Shown here piece by piece: positions 25,260 to 37,890 of a DNA stretch of 64,000 bases. Source of the stretch: Camelus dromedarius. Taxonomy: Eukaryota. Where the stretch lies: the NCBI RefSeq assembly GCF_036321535.1, contig NC_087437.1:48176001-48240000 (forward strand). The letters run 5' to 3'. Position 1 is the stretch's first letter. Each line of letters opens with the position of its first letter. Made by a program: the position numbers and the translations under genes. Below the pieces are notes generated by a model. It saw only the letters and a list, made by a program, of their open reading frames with translations, did no database searches and had not been told where the DNA came from.

Positions 25260-26087
25260 ACAAAACAATGATTTTTAAACACTGGAAGAAAAGGCCTCAC
25301 AAGATCCCTGAGAGAAGGGAAACAAAAAAGGTGAACCCTACAATTGCCTAGCTTACTGCTGGGAAAGAGTTCCTAGCACATAATGCAAGAAGTGAGAACC
25401 ACAAAAGAGTTTGGTATTTTCCCTGAGTTGAGGAGACAGAGTGGAGGATTTGAGGAGGCCAAGGTGTGAGAATACACAAGGCAGAGTTCTAGAGAGAGGT
25501 CTGCACAAAGTGAGACCTCTAGAGACACGCAAAGGCTCCCCCCTCTAGTTTTCCACTGAGTTCTGATCGTGTTTGTGAGGAAACTACCCTCAGACCATCA
25601 GAAAGGAGCAGGCAGAGCAATTCTCAGAGCTCAAGTAGGGCTATAAAGACTTTACAATCCCAAAGCCAAGCCAAGAAACCTCCTAGTAAGTGGGACATCA
25701 GGTAAAGTACTCAGAAGGATATTACCTCAGTAGAGAGGACAAATTAGCCCTAGACCAAAATATTTTGGTAGCTTCTGGTACCCCATAAGAACTCTTAAAA
25801 GCAAACCTTGAAACAATCAGGCTGTTTCCAAGTATCTTAATTGTGTCCAAGCACAAAGCTTAAAAAAAAGGGATGAAAAAAAAAAAAATCCAGGACCCAA
25901 CAATGTAAAATTGACAATGTCTGGCATCCAATCAAAAAGCACCAGGCATACAAAGAAGTGGGAAAATACAACCCATAATGAGGATGAAAATCAATCAATA
26001 GAAACAGTCCAGAAAATGACACAGATAATATAATTAGTAAACAAGGACATTAAAGCAGCTACGGGTAAATGTACTTTCACATGTTCA
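25260..26087 (+). mobile_element. Old L1M 5'/ORF1-proximal fragment
   Basis: ACAATGTCTGGCATCCAATCAAAAA..CCAGGCATACAAAGAAG..ATGACACAGATAATATAATTAGTAAACAAGGACATTAAA. Confidence 0.75.
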
Positions 26088-26089
26088 CT

Positions 26090-26400
26090 GCCTACCCACA
26101 AGGCCATAGATATAGTCTCTTATTTTAACCCACTTGGGATGGACTTTTATGTACATGTAAAATAGAAGTCAAGATTCACTTTTTTTTTTAGTATATGGAT
26201 ATCCAACTGACCAAGAATCATTAATTGACAAAGACCAGTTTCCCCTTGCAATGTAGGTGTCACCTCTGTCACAAATAAAGTAGTTATAAATGACATTATA
26301 AGACAGCATTGGCAGTGTGCTGTATCAGACTTTGGGCTCTGAACAATCCGCAATGGCCTTGATATTTAACCAATAGGGTATTCACTGTTTTCCTATTTAT
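26090..26400 (-). mobile_element. Old L1 ORF2 fragment
   Basis: Antisense L1 motif TATGGATATCCAACTGACCAAGAATCATTAATTGACAAAGAC..TTTCCCC. Confidence 0.7.
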
Positions 26401-27664
26401 ATTCTGTATAATAATATACAAGATACACAAATATTTCTTAACAGGCTGGGAAAAAAGTCTTCCATTCGGTATCCCTAATAAAGGGGATGGCATAGGTGAG
26501 GAGGGGCAGAAATGGGTGAAGTGGAAATAAAGGAAAGGGTCGTTGAAAGAAATGCAACCCCCAATTCATAGCACCTAGTCTCTGATCCACGCTATAGTTC
26601 AATATGATTTTTTCCTTCTACAAATTCTGGATTATAATAAGGTTTCATATTTCAGAAACTTGGCAACCCCATTTTCTTTATCGGTATAGTTGAAAGGACA
26701 TCGTGTTTAGATGTCCCTAAACACTCAGATCGGACTTAGGTCCCGTAAGGAAACATCAGGCTTGGAGTTTGCCTTCACTTTTAGTGTAGGAAATGCACAC
26801 TAGTTATTCTATAAACGTATCAAGAAGTTAATTCTAGACTATAAAGACTTTAAACAGCTCTAGCTTATGCCTGTGTTGGCAACATGTGATCTCAATGAAA
26901 AGTGTGAAAAAGCAGCCTGCCAGATGTTTTGACTACATGGTGCATCACATCTTAATGTTTCCTAGGTTGGCAGTGGTAATACTAGAGATTCAGGATTTTA
27001 AAATTAACAAGTTCTTTTTTAACCTTTTATTATTCTTTACTTTAAAAATGTTTTAGAGTCAAACATTTGTATGCTAGAATTTTTTCTTTCAAACACATGT
27101 TTTTAGGAAGAATGTTTATAAACCATAAACAAAATCTAGGAAGAACATATTGTGTTTCTTACAGTAAGCCTGTAATGTAAACTGTTGGCCAGTATAGCTG
27201 GGAAATGAGATTTTCAGGTTAATCAGATATTCAGCAATATTATACCATAAGTATTATAATTTTTAAGTGTTAGAAGCTCAATGTTACTCTCACACCAAGC
27301 ATGATTTGCTTGTAATGTATCAGAAAGCACTCTGGAATCTTGCTGGAGCTTGTCATAATTTTAAGCATTAACTTCACTGTATATGAATTTCCTTTAATAG
27401 AGTTTTAGTTAATACTGTTTCAGACAATAAATTCATTCAAGGAGTACTAATACTGATTATCACTGATAGGAACACTTCGAGGAGGAGGGGCAGGTACTGT
27501 ATGAGCTGGGGGAGATGGAAAGGGAGGGCAGCCGCTACCCATGACCAGAGCAACACAACCAACCCATCCATCGGTCAGTATCACCTCACTCATCTTACGA
27601 CATAACCCCTGCAAAGAACCCCCTAATCTTCAAAGATTCCCCTCTAAAAATGCAAATACTACTA

Positions 27665-27666
<2 letters not shown>

Positions 27667-27701
<35 letters not shown>

Positions 27702-27724
27702 GTGTGTGTGTGTGTGTGGTGTGT
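27667..27724. repeat. Interrupted (TG)n microsatellite
   Basis: Directly visible. Confidence 0.95.
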
Positions 27725-30700
27725 TGGTATTAATTATATTTCTGTTAGTAAAAGGTTGATAAAGAAATAACACAGGATAGAAAATGGTGGCATCAGGAGG
27801 TAAAAATGATCCTTTAGAGAAGTAGAAGTACCCATGACAAATATTACCTACTTTAGAGTTTTTCTTAAGGTGTCAGTTATGACAAACTGCTGTTATAGAT
27901 GTTAAAAACATTCTATAATCTTACCGTGGACTGGTTTCTTATGTTTGTTGTTTCTAGTGAACCAAATGAATCCCCAGCGGCCAGATCTAATGTATTAACA
28001 TAATTTATGTCATTCAAGCTGTTCTTCTTCATGAAAAAAATTTTTTAAAGCTTAAGTAAGGTCATAAATAAAGAAAAACACAAAACTCCTTTGAGGGAAG
28101 ACAAATAAAATGGCTACCTTCAGAACTGTTAATAATCTTATAATTTTTGTCATTTAAATTTTCTTTAGTTACTGTCTTGGGAAGCCAGAGGGTGTAGAAT
28201 GTCTCCTGGGTAGGCTTGAATAAGTCAAAAAAGTGTGTTTTGAATGCCTATAATAAAGATCAGTTACAATTACGAATAGATTTTTTTGTTTGATTGCTTT
28301 CTGAAATAACTGTCTTTTGTAACAAAAAAAATTACTGGGGATGCTTTATTAAAAATAAACAAGTCAGTTCAAAACTGAAATTATGTTGTTCTGTATTTAT
28401 AGTATTTCAGAAAAAAGTTTAGTTAAGGGAATATTCAGAGACGTAATTATTTTGCTCTAATTGGCAGTGTTAACGCATAAGCACATATACAAATGAGTAT
28501 CTCAGTGCAGAGCACACAGAGGTCCTGGAGGGATTAAGATAACAGGTCATCTATCAAGAATAGAGAATTGGTCAGAACCAATAATAAAGTGTATTTAATC
28601 ACCACTGGCTCCCCTGGTCAAAACGAAAAATGAAGTAAATCTAAAACAGTCGCTAAAGATACAACCTTTGCTTGAGTTGCTGGGGTGATGAATTCCCCTT
28701 GGAAATAACTGGTGAGGCACTTGGAAAACAGCACAACTCTGGGGCCCTGCTCCTAAGAACTATACCTGTGGCATTTACTTTGACACCAAGAAATATACAC
28801 TACTATGCTATGCTGTCTATCTATCTGTAATAGATATCAACTTTTATTTTCTAATAAACTAGTAGAGTAAGCCAAATGTGTGTTTTTAAAAGTTTGCGGC
28901 TTCTAAAACAAATTGTTTCTATGGAGAACTGGATGAATTAGCCATGTGTGTTAGAATTAATAGACTTTATTTACAAAATTATTAAGTTGTACAAAGCCAC
29001 TACAGAAATTTTAAATTACTGTTTTTTAAGACTTCATGTGAACACCTCCCCTACTTCAGACTGCCTATTTACAAAGCATTTTATTTTAAAATCTCTTGGA
29101 TACAGAAAAGTGAAGAATTAGAAGCCTCAGCTAATGACTGCAAATATTTTCTGTTTCACTCCTGTTTTAAGGTATCAGCCAAGTAACACCAGTGTTTCAA
29201 ATATAACTCCAAAGTTGGCAGAAACGTTAGTAAATCTGCTCATTCCTGGTCCACTTCACCAAACATGTATTCAGATTTTAAATCACAAATGTTTTGAAGT
29301 GTTTGGGCTATGCTTCTTCTCCCTTGTCATTAGAGTCGGCTACACACAGGAAGATGGTGCTATCTCTGATAAGGAAAGATTATTTAATCTAAATGTACCA
29401 ACACAAAGGAGACTTTGTCTATAGGCTAAATGCTATTCTCTAGGAAGGAGACTGGGGTTTTAAAACTTATGCAAATAACTATTATAAATCAGGTTGTAAT
29501 AAGCGTTATTTTGGAGGGGTTCCCACTCAGATGATCACATCATTTGATAGCTACTAAACTATTAAAGACTTAGAAGTTAACATCATGGTCAATAGTAAAT
29601 AGGAAAAAAGTATTGTGAAATGGAATTTTGGCAAGCATATTGGATTACAGTCTTTATTTAGTAATGTTTCCAAGTTAAGCTTGGTAGCATAGATTTGTGA
29701 GTTTTACTGCAACCTATCATATTTGCTGTTACAGCAGTGCACAAGCAAAAAACATTAAGTTGGGAGCATGTGCAGAGCCTTACGTTTTGTGTATCCTCTG
29801 AAAGTGAAATGAAGCCCTCAGACACTGTTCTAGACAATTCAAGTTTCAGTAACATCCTCCCTTGAAATATTCAGAAAATTGAATTTAAATTGTTTTGGAG
29901 GTGCTTGAGTTTACCAGATTTTTGCTTCAATTCTTTATTCACAGAAACATATTTTCAAACAAAAAAATAATGTGGAAAGTTTTTGTAAATTGGCCAAGTA
30001 GTCAATTATGAATTTTGTGTGAATGAACAATTTTCTGAAGATTGACTCTATTTATTAAAATCTTCCTATTTTTACTCTTGTGGATAAACTGTTTAGGGAT
30101 AATAAACAGATAATATATAAAATTGTAAATATTCTTAGGTGAAGATGAAGCATAAAACTATGGTAATAATCCTTTGTTAATTTTTTTTAGCTGTCATTGT
30201 TTGAAAGCTTCTTTGTTACTAAACTTTCCAATTAATGTAGCTTTAATAAGAAACATGCATATTTATTATATATATTGAGAAATATACTTCAGGCACTAAT
30301 TATTGTCCATTAATTGATATAATTCTATTAATAATTTTCAAAACAGGATGATGGTAGTAACATGGGAAATGCTTTTAGAATTCTGATAGTGCTGATTCAG
30401 AATTCTTACAAAATTTAGGAATATGATATAATACCAATTTATATAAAAGTAAATTATAATCCAAAAGAATTTCCCCACAGACTTGGAAATCAAACATCGA
30501 GTAATACTAAGTCATAAATGCAATAACATGTTAATTTATCTATTTTCAATTGCTCTAAAAACACAGAAGTAACATCCTCAGTATTCATACATGTTACATA
30601 CTAGGGTAAAGGCACCATATATGATAACTGTATTTGACCATCTTTGGAATAGAAGAGAAGCCAAAACATCAAACCTGACGACTAAAGTATTTAGAAACAG

Positions 30701-31549
30701 TAAAAAAGAGTTCAGTTTATACTTTAGGAAACTGAGCTGGTATTTCATTTTTCTCCCTCAAAACATACACCTGCCTTTATAAGGAAGAACCAACAAGGAA
30801 ATGAGTACTGGAGTCAAGGTTAAAGTATTCTTGTCCAAGAGAGTGGAGAACATCAGAGAGAAGCAGTGGATCAGTTCAGATAAGCTTTAATAGCCAGAGA
30901 CAGCACCTTCCCTGAAAACATTAGAGCCTCTTGGACATATCTTTGAAACTCATCCTCCTAAGTCATCCTGTGACTCTAGGGATAGGTGACAATGTCCCAT
31001 GATCTGAAGGGGGGAAAATACAGCACAAACCACTGAAAAAAATTATCACTTTAAAAAATAATACGAAAGTGGCAAAATGTTCCAACTGCTAAGAAACCTT
31101 TGCAGATGGTAAAGGAAAAGCTTTGTCTTTCCTATTATTGTTTGCCCTTCAGTTGACATACATGCCGAGTTGCATCAATAGGATTACAACGGAAACACGG
31201 TCATCTCCAGGTTTCCTCTGTTTGGTTCCTTGATCTTGTTTAAAGAAACAGGCTCACGGAATGCACACAAAACAAACTTCCCCAATCGAAGTTCTGAGAT
31301 CTTTCCTCCCCCTTCTCCCACCCTCAGAAACCCATCTAGTTTTATGTATAGCACTGGACTGAAATGTCATGGTCATGTTGCACCACTTCACTTGTTGAAT
31401 TGTTAGGAAGGCAGCACTTGACCACAGTAACTTGGTGAACTGCCTTGCTCTTGTATTAGTCCCCAGTATTCTTATCCAGTTTGATGGAAATGTCTTACCT
31501 GCATGTGTCCCTGGTACATTCTGCTTAGGCTTCTTTAGGGTTCCCAGAG

Positions 31550-32180
31550 GCCGCCGGATGCTTTTCCCCCGTGTCTACTTGCACACCAACAGAGGGGAGA
31601 AGGCGGCGTGCACACTGGGTTCTTAAAGGGTGCCCCTGAGCCGGGTCGAAGGCTCCAGGTAGCCGGCCGGCGGCGGCTCCTAGACAAAGCTGCGGGCTGC
31701 CGGGAACTGTTCTCCGCTCGGGGTGCTGAAAGCGGACACAGGAGAGCGCGTGGAGGAGGCGAGGAGCCCAGGCGGCCACGCTCTCCGGCAGGCTCAGGTC
31801 CTGCTCTCCCGGCTTCTCTAAAACTCACTCCTTCTCCGCCGAACTCTTTCTCGCTTCCTGCCAGGCTGCCTCATGTCTCTCTCACTCTTTTCGCCGCGAA
31901 CCCCTTCCTCCTCCCAGCCCTGACGTGAGCGCCCACACCAGCCGCCGCCGCAGCTGCCGAGGGGGGCGCGCGCCGCCCTCCCGGCCGCGTCCCTGCCGAG
32001 AGGCCGCGGGGCCGGGCACGCGCGCGCGTCCCCACTGGGGCCCGGGAGCAGCCCGAGGGAGGCGTGCGCCCCTCCGGGCGCGTGCTCGGGAATGCGCGCA
32101 CGCGGCGGCCTACTGCCCGCGGGCGGTGGTCGTGCTAGGTGCGGCATTTGCTTCTACCCGGATTCCAGAAAAGCCGGAGG
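31550..32180. promoter_or_regulatory. CpG island promoter
   Basis: Abrupt GC- and CpG-rich block in an otherwise AT-rich, CpG-depleted window. Contains TGACGTGA (CRE/ATF-like, 31921-31928), a CACGCGCGCGCGT run (about 32017-32029) and an NRF1-like TGCGCGCACGCG (about 32093-32104). Confidence 0.92.
31829..31990 (-). other. Probable first exon of an unidentified minus-strand gene (5' end approximate)
   Basis: Consensus donor on the minus strand, AGAAGGA|GTGAGT (GT at 31828-31827), inside the CpG island. An ATG at 31874-31872 reads MRQPGRKRERVRRRR and reaches the donor in phase 1. Confidence 0.65.
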
Positions 32181-32329
32181 CTAGTTGCAACAGAAGTAGG
32201 AGGACGATGCATTGTTTCTCCGAAAGCCATCAAAACCAACTAAGCCCGTCATTTTACAGACAGAATAAGCTGAGCGTGGGGATTTCCGAAGAGTTTACTT
32301 CTGTTCCGATTCAGCTCTCACAAGTTACC

Positions 32330-32632
32330 TCCGTGTCACTTGGTGAAAAAGACTCTCCCCTCTCACTCCACCCCCAATTCATCGCTGACCACTCTAAAAT
32401 CGCAAACCTATCCCTAAGGGCCTTCCACGATTTTTCTCCCTAGCACTTAACATCACTTAACATCCTGCATATTTTATACAATTGTTTGATTTATTGTCTG
32501 TGTCTGTATATACAATGTTATTTCCATGAGATCAGGGATATTTTGGGGGAGGAATATATCCGATGTATCACAGCACAGGACAGTACCTCTTGGCACATGG
32601 TAGGCACCCTATAAAAACTTGTTGAATGGATG
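32330..32632 (+). mobile_element. L2 3' end
   Basis: TTCCATGAGATCAGGGA..TGTATCACAGCAC..TGGCACATGGTAGGCACCCTATAAAAACTTGTTGAATGGATG. Confidence 0.8.
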
Positions 32633-33229
32633 GGTTTTTACTATAATAATATATAGGTAGAGTGCATTTAAATATGTCCCAAGTAGAAGAGACTGGATAA
32701 TTCAATGTAATCTTTACATTATAAATGTATATACATACACATACACATACCATGGGCTAGTGTATGTGTATATACTGTCAATACCTAGTTTTGTTGGTAA
32801 AAAGATCTCCAATCACACAAGCCCCTTAAGTTATATACAGCAGGATATAATCCCAAAAATACTGCATATAGCATTGTATACCTTTCATAAAGTTAAAAAA
32901 AAAAACAAACTCCCTAGGAATATAAATAATATTCGTATATAACTATATAAACAGAAAAGCAATGTTAATGACACTGGGTGAGGGAAGGCAGGAGAAAGGG
33001 ATGGGGAAGTATTTTATATGAAGGTTAATTGTCAGCATCTTAGCTATTATGATGAGTGGTGATTCATAGACATGCATTACCCTATAAAAATCACTATGTA
33101 ACTAAGCAAAACAAAGCCATGTATGGACTAGTGAGAAGACACTGAAAATAACCAAAAACAGATTAATCCATTTCAATGCATTTGAGTTCCTAAAACAACC
33201 AGCCAACCAAACACAGAATGACTAAGACT

Positions 33230-33625
33230 TGCAGGCAGGAAGCATAAATTCCTATTAGATTCCACCAATAGTTAACCTTGGTCAATTTCCTTTACTGTTT
33301 TTAGACTTCAGCTTTTTAATGTCTTAACGCTGCATGATAAACTCATTGCTTCATCTTTAAATTTGAGATATGTTCATCAGCATTGTAAATTGTAAAGTAC
33401 AATCCGGTTCTAATTTTTAATTGTCCTTTATAGGATAGAGCACTGGAGTAGGAGTCAGCAGGTTGAAGGGCCAGTTCTACCTCACTACCTCACTGCTCTC
33501 TTGGGCAAGTGTACTAATTAATTCTCTATTTCCTCACTTTTGAAGTAAGGCAAGTATCTATCTACTCAGCCCACTGCACAGGGCTGCAAAGGGAGTTGTA
33601 AATTTTAAACCACCATATATAAGTA
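33230..33625 (+). mobile_element. Two adjacent MIR fragments
   Basis: AGAGCACTGGAGTAGGAGTCAG..TTGGGCAAGT..TTTCCTCAC, plus an upstream ACCTTGGTCAATTTCCTTTAC..TTCAGCTTT. Confidence 0.6.
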
Positions 33626-34019
33626 TGTAAACAGGCTTTTTTCCAGTCCAGAAAATATGAGTAGTGATTTCCTGAGACTTCAAGCTCTACAAATTTAAAA
33701 GGGTTAAATGATTTACTATAAAATGCTTGCATGTTAGTATAGAAACCTAGAGGAAATTCTAGTATTTGATTTGAAAGTGCCAGAAATCTGTGAAGTAACA
33801 GTGGGGCCAAAGTTTTCCAATCCATTATATGCTTATTTATAGCTCATGGGCAATTCAAGGAACCGTCAACCAGAAAAGAATTTGAACTAGTATGGCAACT
33901 ACCTAGAGCTGAAGATAGAAGTCAATATAACCTCTTTTTAAAACCTAAGTAACTCATTTAGTTACTCCCTACATTCTCCAAATCTCAGGAATGAAAGTGC
34001 ATCTGTGAAGGCATCCCTC

Positions 34020-34160
34020 TCTTCATTCATTCATACATTTATTCATTCATTCATATTTTATTAAGAACTTATTAGTATGTGGGAATGTTGTGCCATGCTG
34101 AAATACACTGATGAATGAGACTGACATGGTCTCTACCTTCATGGAACCCACAGTCCAACT
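34020..34160 (-). mobile_element. L2 3' end
   Basis: (TTCA)n tail, then GATGAATGAGACTGACATGGTCTCTACCTTCATGGAACCCACAGTC. Confidence 0.75.
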
Positions 34161-35341
34161 TCCTGACAAGAGTACATTTTACTATCCCAGAAAGAGAATC
34201 TGTCTAGACTTTTATTAAAACAACAACCATCACCACCACCACCACCCCGCTACAGAGATTCCATAATTTCCCTATTTCTCTTTTCTAAGAGATCACATCT
34301 AAGCTTTTCTAGTCAAACATTTCCCTCTCAGTTTTGAACTTTAATTATCTCTCTAGCACAAATATTTCCTTCAAAGCCTATAAATACGAGCTTTGTGAGC
34401 AAAGATACTTGGCTGGTTACCAATTCAAGTGTCAGTATCTTGAGACACTGTTGATTCACAGAACCATCTAGCAATTTATACACCTCATTTGGCCAGGCCA
34501 AAACATTTTCATCCAGATCCAGCATTTTAGCTCAAGTAATACGGTGTTCTGGTGCTAGCAGACATATCAGGAGAACATAGAAAGGATAAAGCAGGTGTTA
34601 ATTTTATGATACCCATGATAAAAAGCTGAATCTTAATATAATTACATATGTGGAAATCATTTTTGCAAATCAAATTGTTTTTTAAGAGATCTTGAAAGGA
34701 GAAAATGTGCATAACTTTCTCTATCCTATGACTGCAGTAATGGTGAGAAATGCATCTCTTTGTGTAATCTCTGGTCCCCCCAGGGAGTCATTAAGGTAAA
34801 CTGGCAGAAGGCAAACAACCCAGAGATGCAGCAGTTTGAAAAAGGTGTGGTTCTTTTGGAACAAAGGCAAGGGATAACAGCCATATATCTGCTTCTCTGA
34901 TACCAGAAATATTTGAATAAAAAATGGAAATCTCTGCCAAACATCTATAGGCTTTGACTTTTCACAGGATTTTCTACTTTTCATATTCATATCTGGCATC
35001 ATGGAAAAGACTTTGAAGATGAATTTGTAATATGTGTCAAATCCAAACAATTACATCTATGATATGAAGCAAAAGAAGAAAGTCTCTGTAAACACTGTGG
35101 AAGGAACAGTTACTAATGAATCTTTTCTAACCAACCTGCACATAGGTATACATCTCATTGGCCATCATTGCCCAGCTAAACCCAGAATTATTCATGTTAT
35201 GATGGTACACGTTGTTTCCAAGGAAAATAAAGATAATCCATATTTCATATCTTTCACATAGTTGTTTTGCCACCTAAAATTGTCATGATTTAATTCTGGA
35301 TCCAAGGTCCAGAAAATATTTCCCTTTTGAAATTCAAAGAC

Positions 35342-35509
35342 CATCATTACTCACAGTGTGGTCTGTTGACCAGCAGCATCAGAATCTCCTGAGAGCTTGT
35401 TAGAAATGCAGACTCTTGGGCCCCATACCTGACTTACTACTGAATCAGAATCTGATTTTAACAAGATCCCTAAGTGCTTTGTAGGCACTATCAAATTTGA
35501 GAAGTACTG
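35342..35509 (-). mobile_element. MER5A
   Basis: GTGTGGTC..GACCAGCAGCATCAG..CTTGTTAGAAATGCAGACTCTTGGGCCCCA..ACTGAATCAGAATCTG..TTTGAGAAGTACTG. Confidence 0.9.
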
Positions 35510-36539
35510 CGGCCTAGAAGGTTTATTTATTCATGGAAATATGTGGTAAAGCTAACTCTTGCTTTTTGCAAGGATAGCACATGAGTGCCAAGAGAAAAAG
35601 CACAACACATATCCTTCATTTATAAGATAATCTCACTGTATTTTGAGAGGCCAAAGGACTTGGCATATTATCACAGCACACCCAGCTTTCTTACAGCAAG
35701 AGCTGTGCTAATACTGCTTGCAATTTTAATCACCGTAATAAAATTAAAGAGTTGAGTGGTAGCAGAATATATTTTGGATTGATCAAATTAAGTTTTGTTT
35801 ATAAGTAGGTGACTCCTCCTGCATATTAAATGGCTATTGAAGATTCAAGATTTATTAAATCTTTCAAAAAGCTGAGTAATAATGATGATGTCAGTATGCT
35901 TGTGGACTTAAAAAAAATTAGGAATAATAGTCTTTTGGTGATTCAAGCGTCTTTTATAATCTGTACAATTCAAACCTTGCTGCTCAAAGATGGTGTAGGA
36001 GAGAAGAAAAGCCAAAATAACTGTAGACCTAAATTAGAATGACTAATTGGTTTTTGTTGTTCAATCAGAGGGAGGAACGTGTTGTTTAAGTTTGCCCAAT
36101 TGCCCTTTTTGTCTCTTTGACACATTGAATGGGATTAGCTGGGGTTCGGGGCATTAGATCTGGAAAGAATTTCAAAAGCCCACACAGCAGACCCCAAGCT
36201 GTGGGGGGAATTATGATCGAAGAAAAGTATGTGGACTCTGCTGACTAGGAGAAGGCAGCAATGTTGTTCCAAATGAACAAACAAGGGGGATGCTTCCTAG
36301 TTGGGCCTCCTAATAAACCAGTTTAAGAAATCACACTAAAATAATTTACATTTGCTTTTTTCTTTATAATGATGTTCTTTCAGCAATCCAATATTGCTTT
36401 TAATATTAAATGTACTTTCTAGAGTTTCTTAGTCCCAGTGAGGAAACATTTGCAAACAAAAATGTCTCTTGCTTTTGACGACTCCTTTCACAACCATTCT
36501 AGCAGAGGCTCTCTAAACCTCTTACCCATCTCAAAGCTA

Positions 36540-37600
36540 GTTTTATCACCTCATCCATCTCCCACTCCAAACTACATTGCAGCCAGATTAATTTCATAAA
36601 GGCCAACATTGATCATATTACTGCCCGGTTCAAATATCTTCTTGGCTTCCCTATTGCTAACTAATATCCAAAACCTTTAGCTTTTTATTCATAGTCATGG
36701 AATATAGTTGGCCACTCAGAGCCATGTCTTTTTCTTGTGGCAGAAAGAACTGTTTTTTCGCTTTGAGGAACCATTTCTTCCCCACTCTGGCCCATTTGTA
36801 GGGTGGAAACATTTTACAATCAGGCTTTGGGGGTGAGACACGTGACCCAGGCTGAGCTGACCAGTGCATTCAGTCCCTGTTGGTCACAAATATGACCCAA
36901 GTCAACCAACCAGGGCAAATGGACTCAGCTCCAGGACTAAGTGGGAGCAGATCAATTCTTCATTAAACTGGGTGTTCTAATGACGTAAGCTTGAAGCTGC
37001 CAGAATCTAGCACTCCAAACCTGAAAGGAAGCCAACCTGGGGGAAGAAGAGTCTAGGCATGTTCCTGGAGACAATATTTGAACTATTAAATAAACCACAC
37101 TTAAAGTTAGCTTACCTGTGTGCTTTTTAGTCATTTCAACTGGTACATTCCCTTTTCTGGTTGAGTTGGATTTTCTGTCACCTGCAACCAAAATACTTTT
37201 TAATACAGTGGTCGTCCACAAACTGGCCTGTCTTTTTTCAATTCTGTGTATTCCTTAATCTTTGTAGTAACTTTATTTTATATTATTCCCCAAAGATAGT
37301 CCAAGTTACACTTCTACTCTTTCCTCTCATTGCAATGTATTCTCTGTCCCTACTGCTTTGAAATGAAAGCTCATTCATTTTTCAAGTTTGGTCTCAAATT
37401 CCATTATCTTCATGAAACCTTTACTGATCCTCCAGTTTAATACATTTCCTTGCTAGGAACTCCATTATGATAGGAAATTCTCTTACTTCATAAAGGTTTC
37501 CCCTTGTTTAATTATTTCTATGCTTTTTTTTTTCATGCCCTATTAGATGTAGGCAGACAAAAACCTTGTTTTATTTTTGTTTTGCTTAAATAACTTATGA
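36540..37600 (+). mobile_element. L2 fragment, interrupted by a solo LTR
   Basis: L2 motifs on both sides of the LTR (TGCAGCCAGA..TGATCATATTACT..CTTCCCTATTGC; TCAAATTCCATTATCTTCATGAAACCTT). Confidence 0.6.
36700..37207 (+). mobile_element. LTR16-like ERVL solo LTR
   Basis: CACGTGACCCAGGCTG..ATGACCCAAGTC..; 3' end TTGAGTTGGATTTTCTGTCACCTGCAACCAAAA..TAATACA. Confidence 0.75.
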
Positions 37601-37779
37601 CATCTTGAATGGAAAATTCTTAGTAATAACTGAAGAACATAAATTATTTTGGAAGTATCTGGAACAGTATGAAAACGTTTAAAATAAAATAATTTAAAAA
37701 ATTTACTCTGAAGGTATATTTCAGATATAATTCTTTTAAATAAAATATTAATGACCCTGTGTTGATTTTATGTAGAATC

Positions 37780-37890
37780 ACACAAAGCTAAGACTGGAAA
37801 AAAAGCTTACAGCTTTTGTGGTTTGACTCTTTCCCTTTTCAAATGAAGAATCTGAGGACCACTGAAGTCAAGTGACTTTTTCTTGACATG
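37780..37890 (-). mobile_element. MIR fragment
   Basis: TTTTCAAATGAAGAATCTGAGGACC..AAGTGACTT. Confidence 0.6.

Noticed and set aside
31829..31874. Identification as calpastatin (CAST) from MRQPGRK resembling MSQPGQK
   Set aside because: The similarity covers only a few residues and the downstream candidate exons do not match calpastatin as I recall it, so no gene symbol was assigned.
31432..32443. Several overlapping 64-172 aa ORFs across the CpG island
   Set aside because: GC-rich DNA lacks stop codons. The products are low-complexity Arg/Ala/Pro/Gly, and the longest runs into MIR and L2 sequence.
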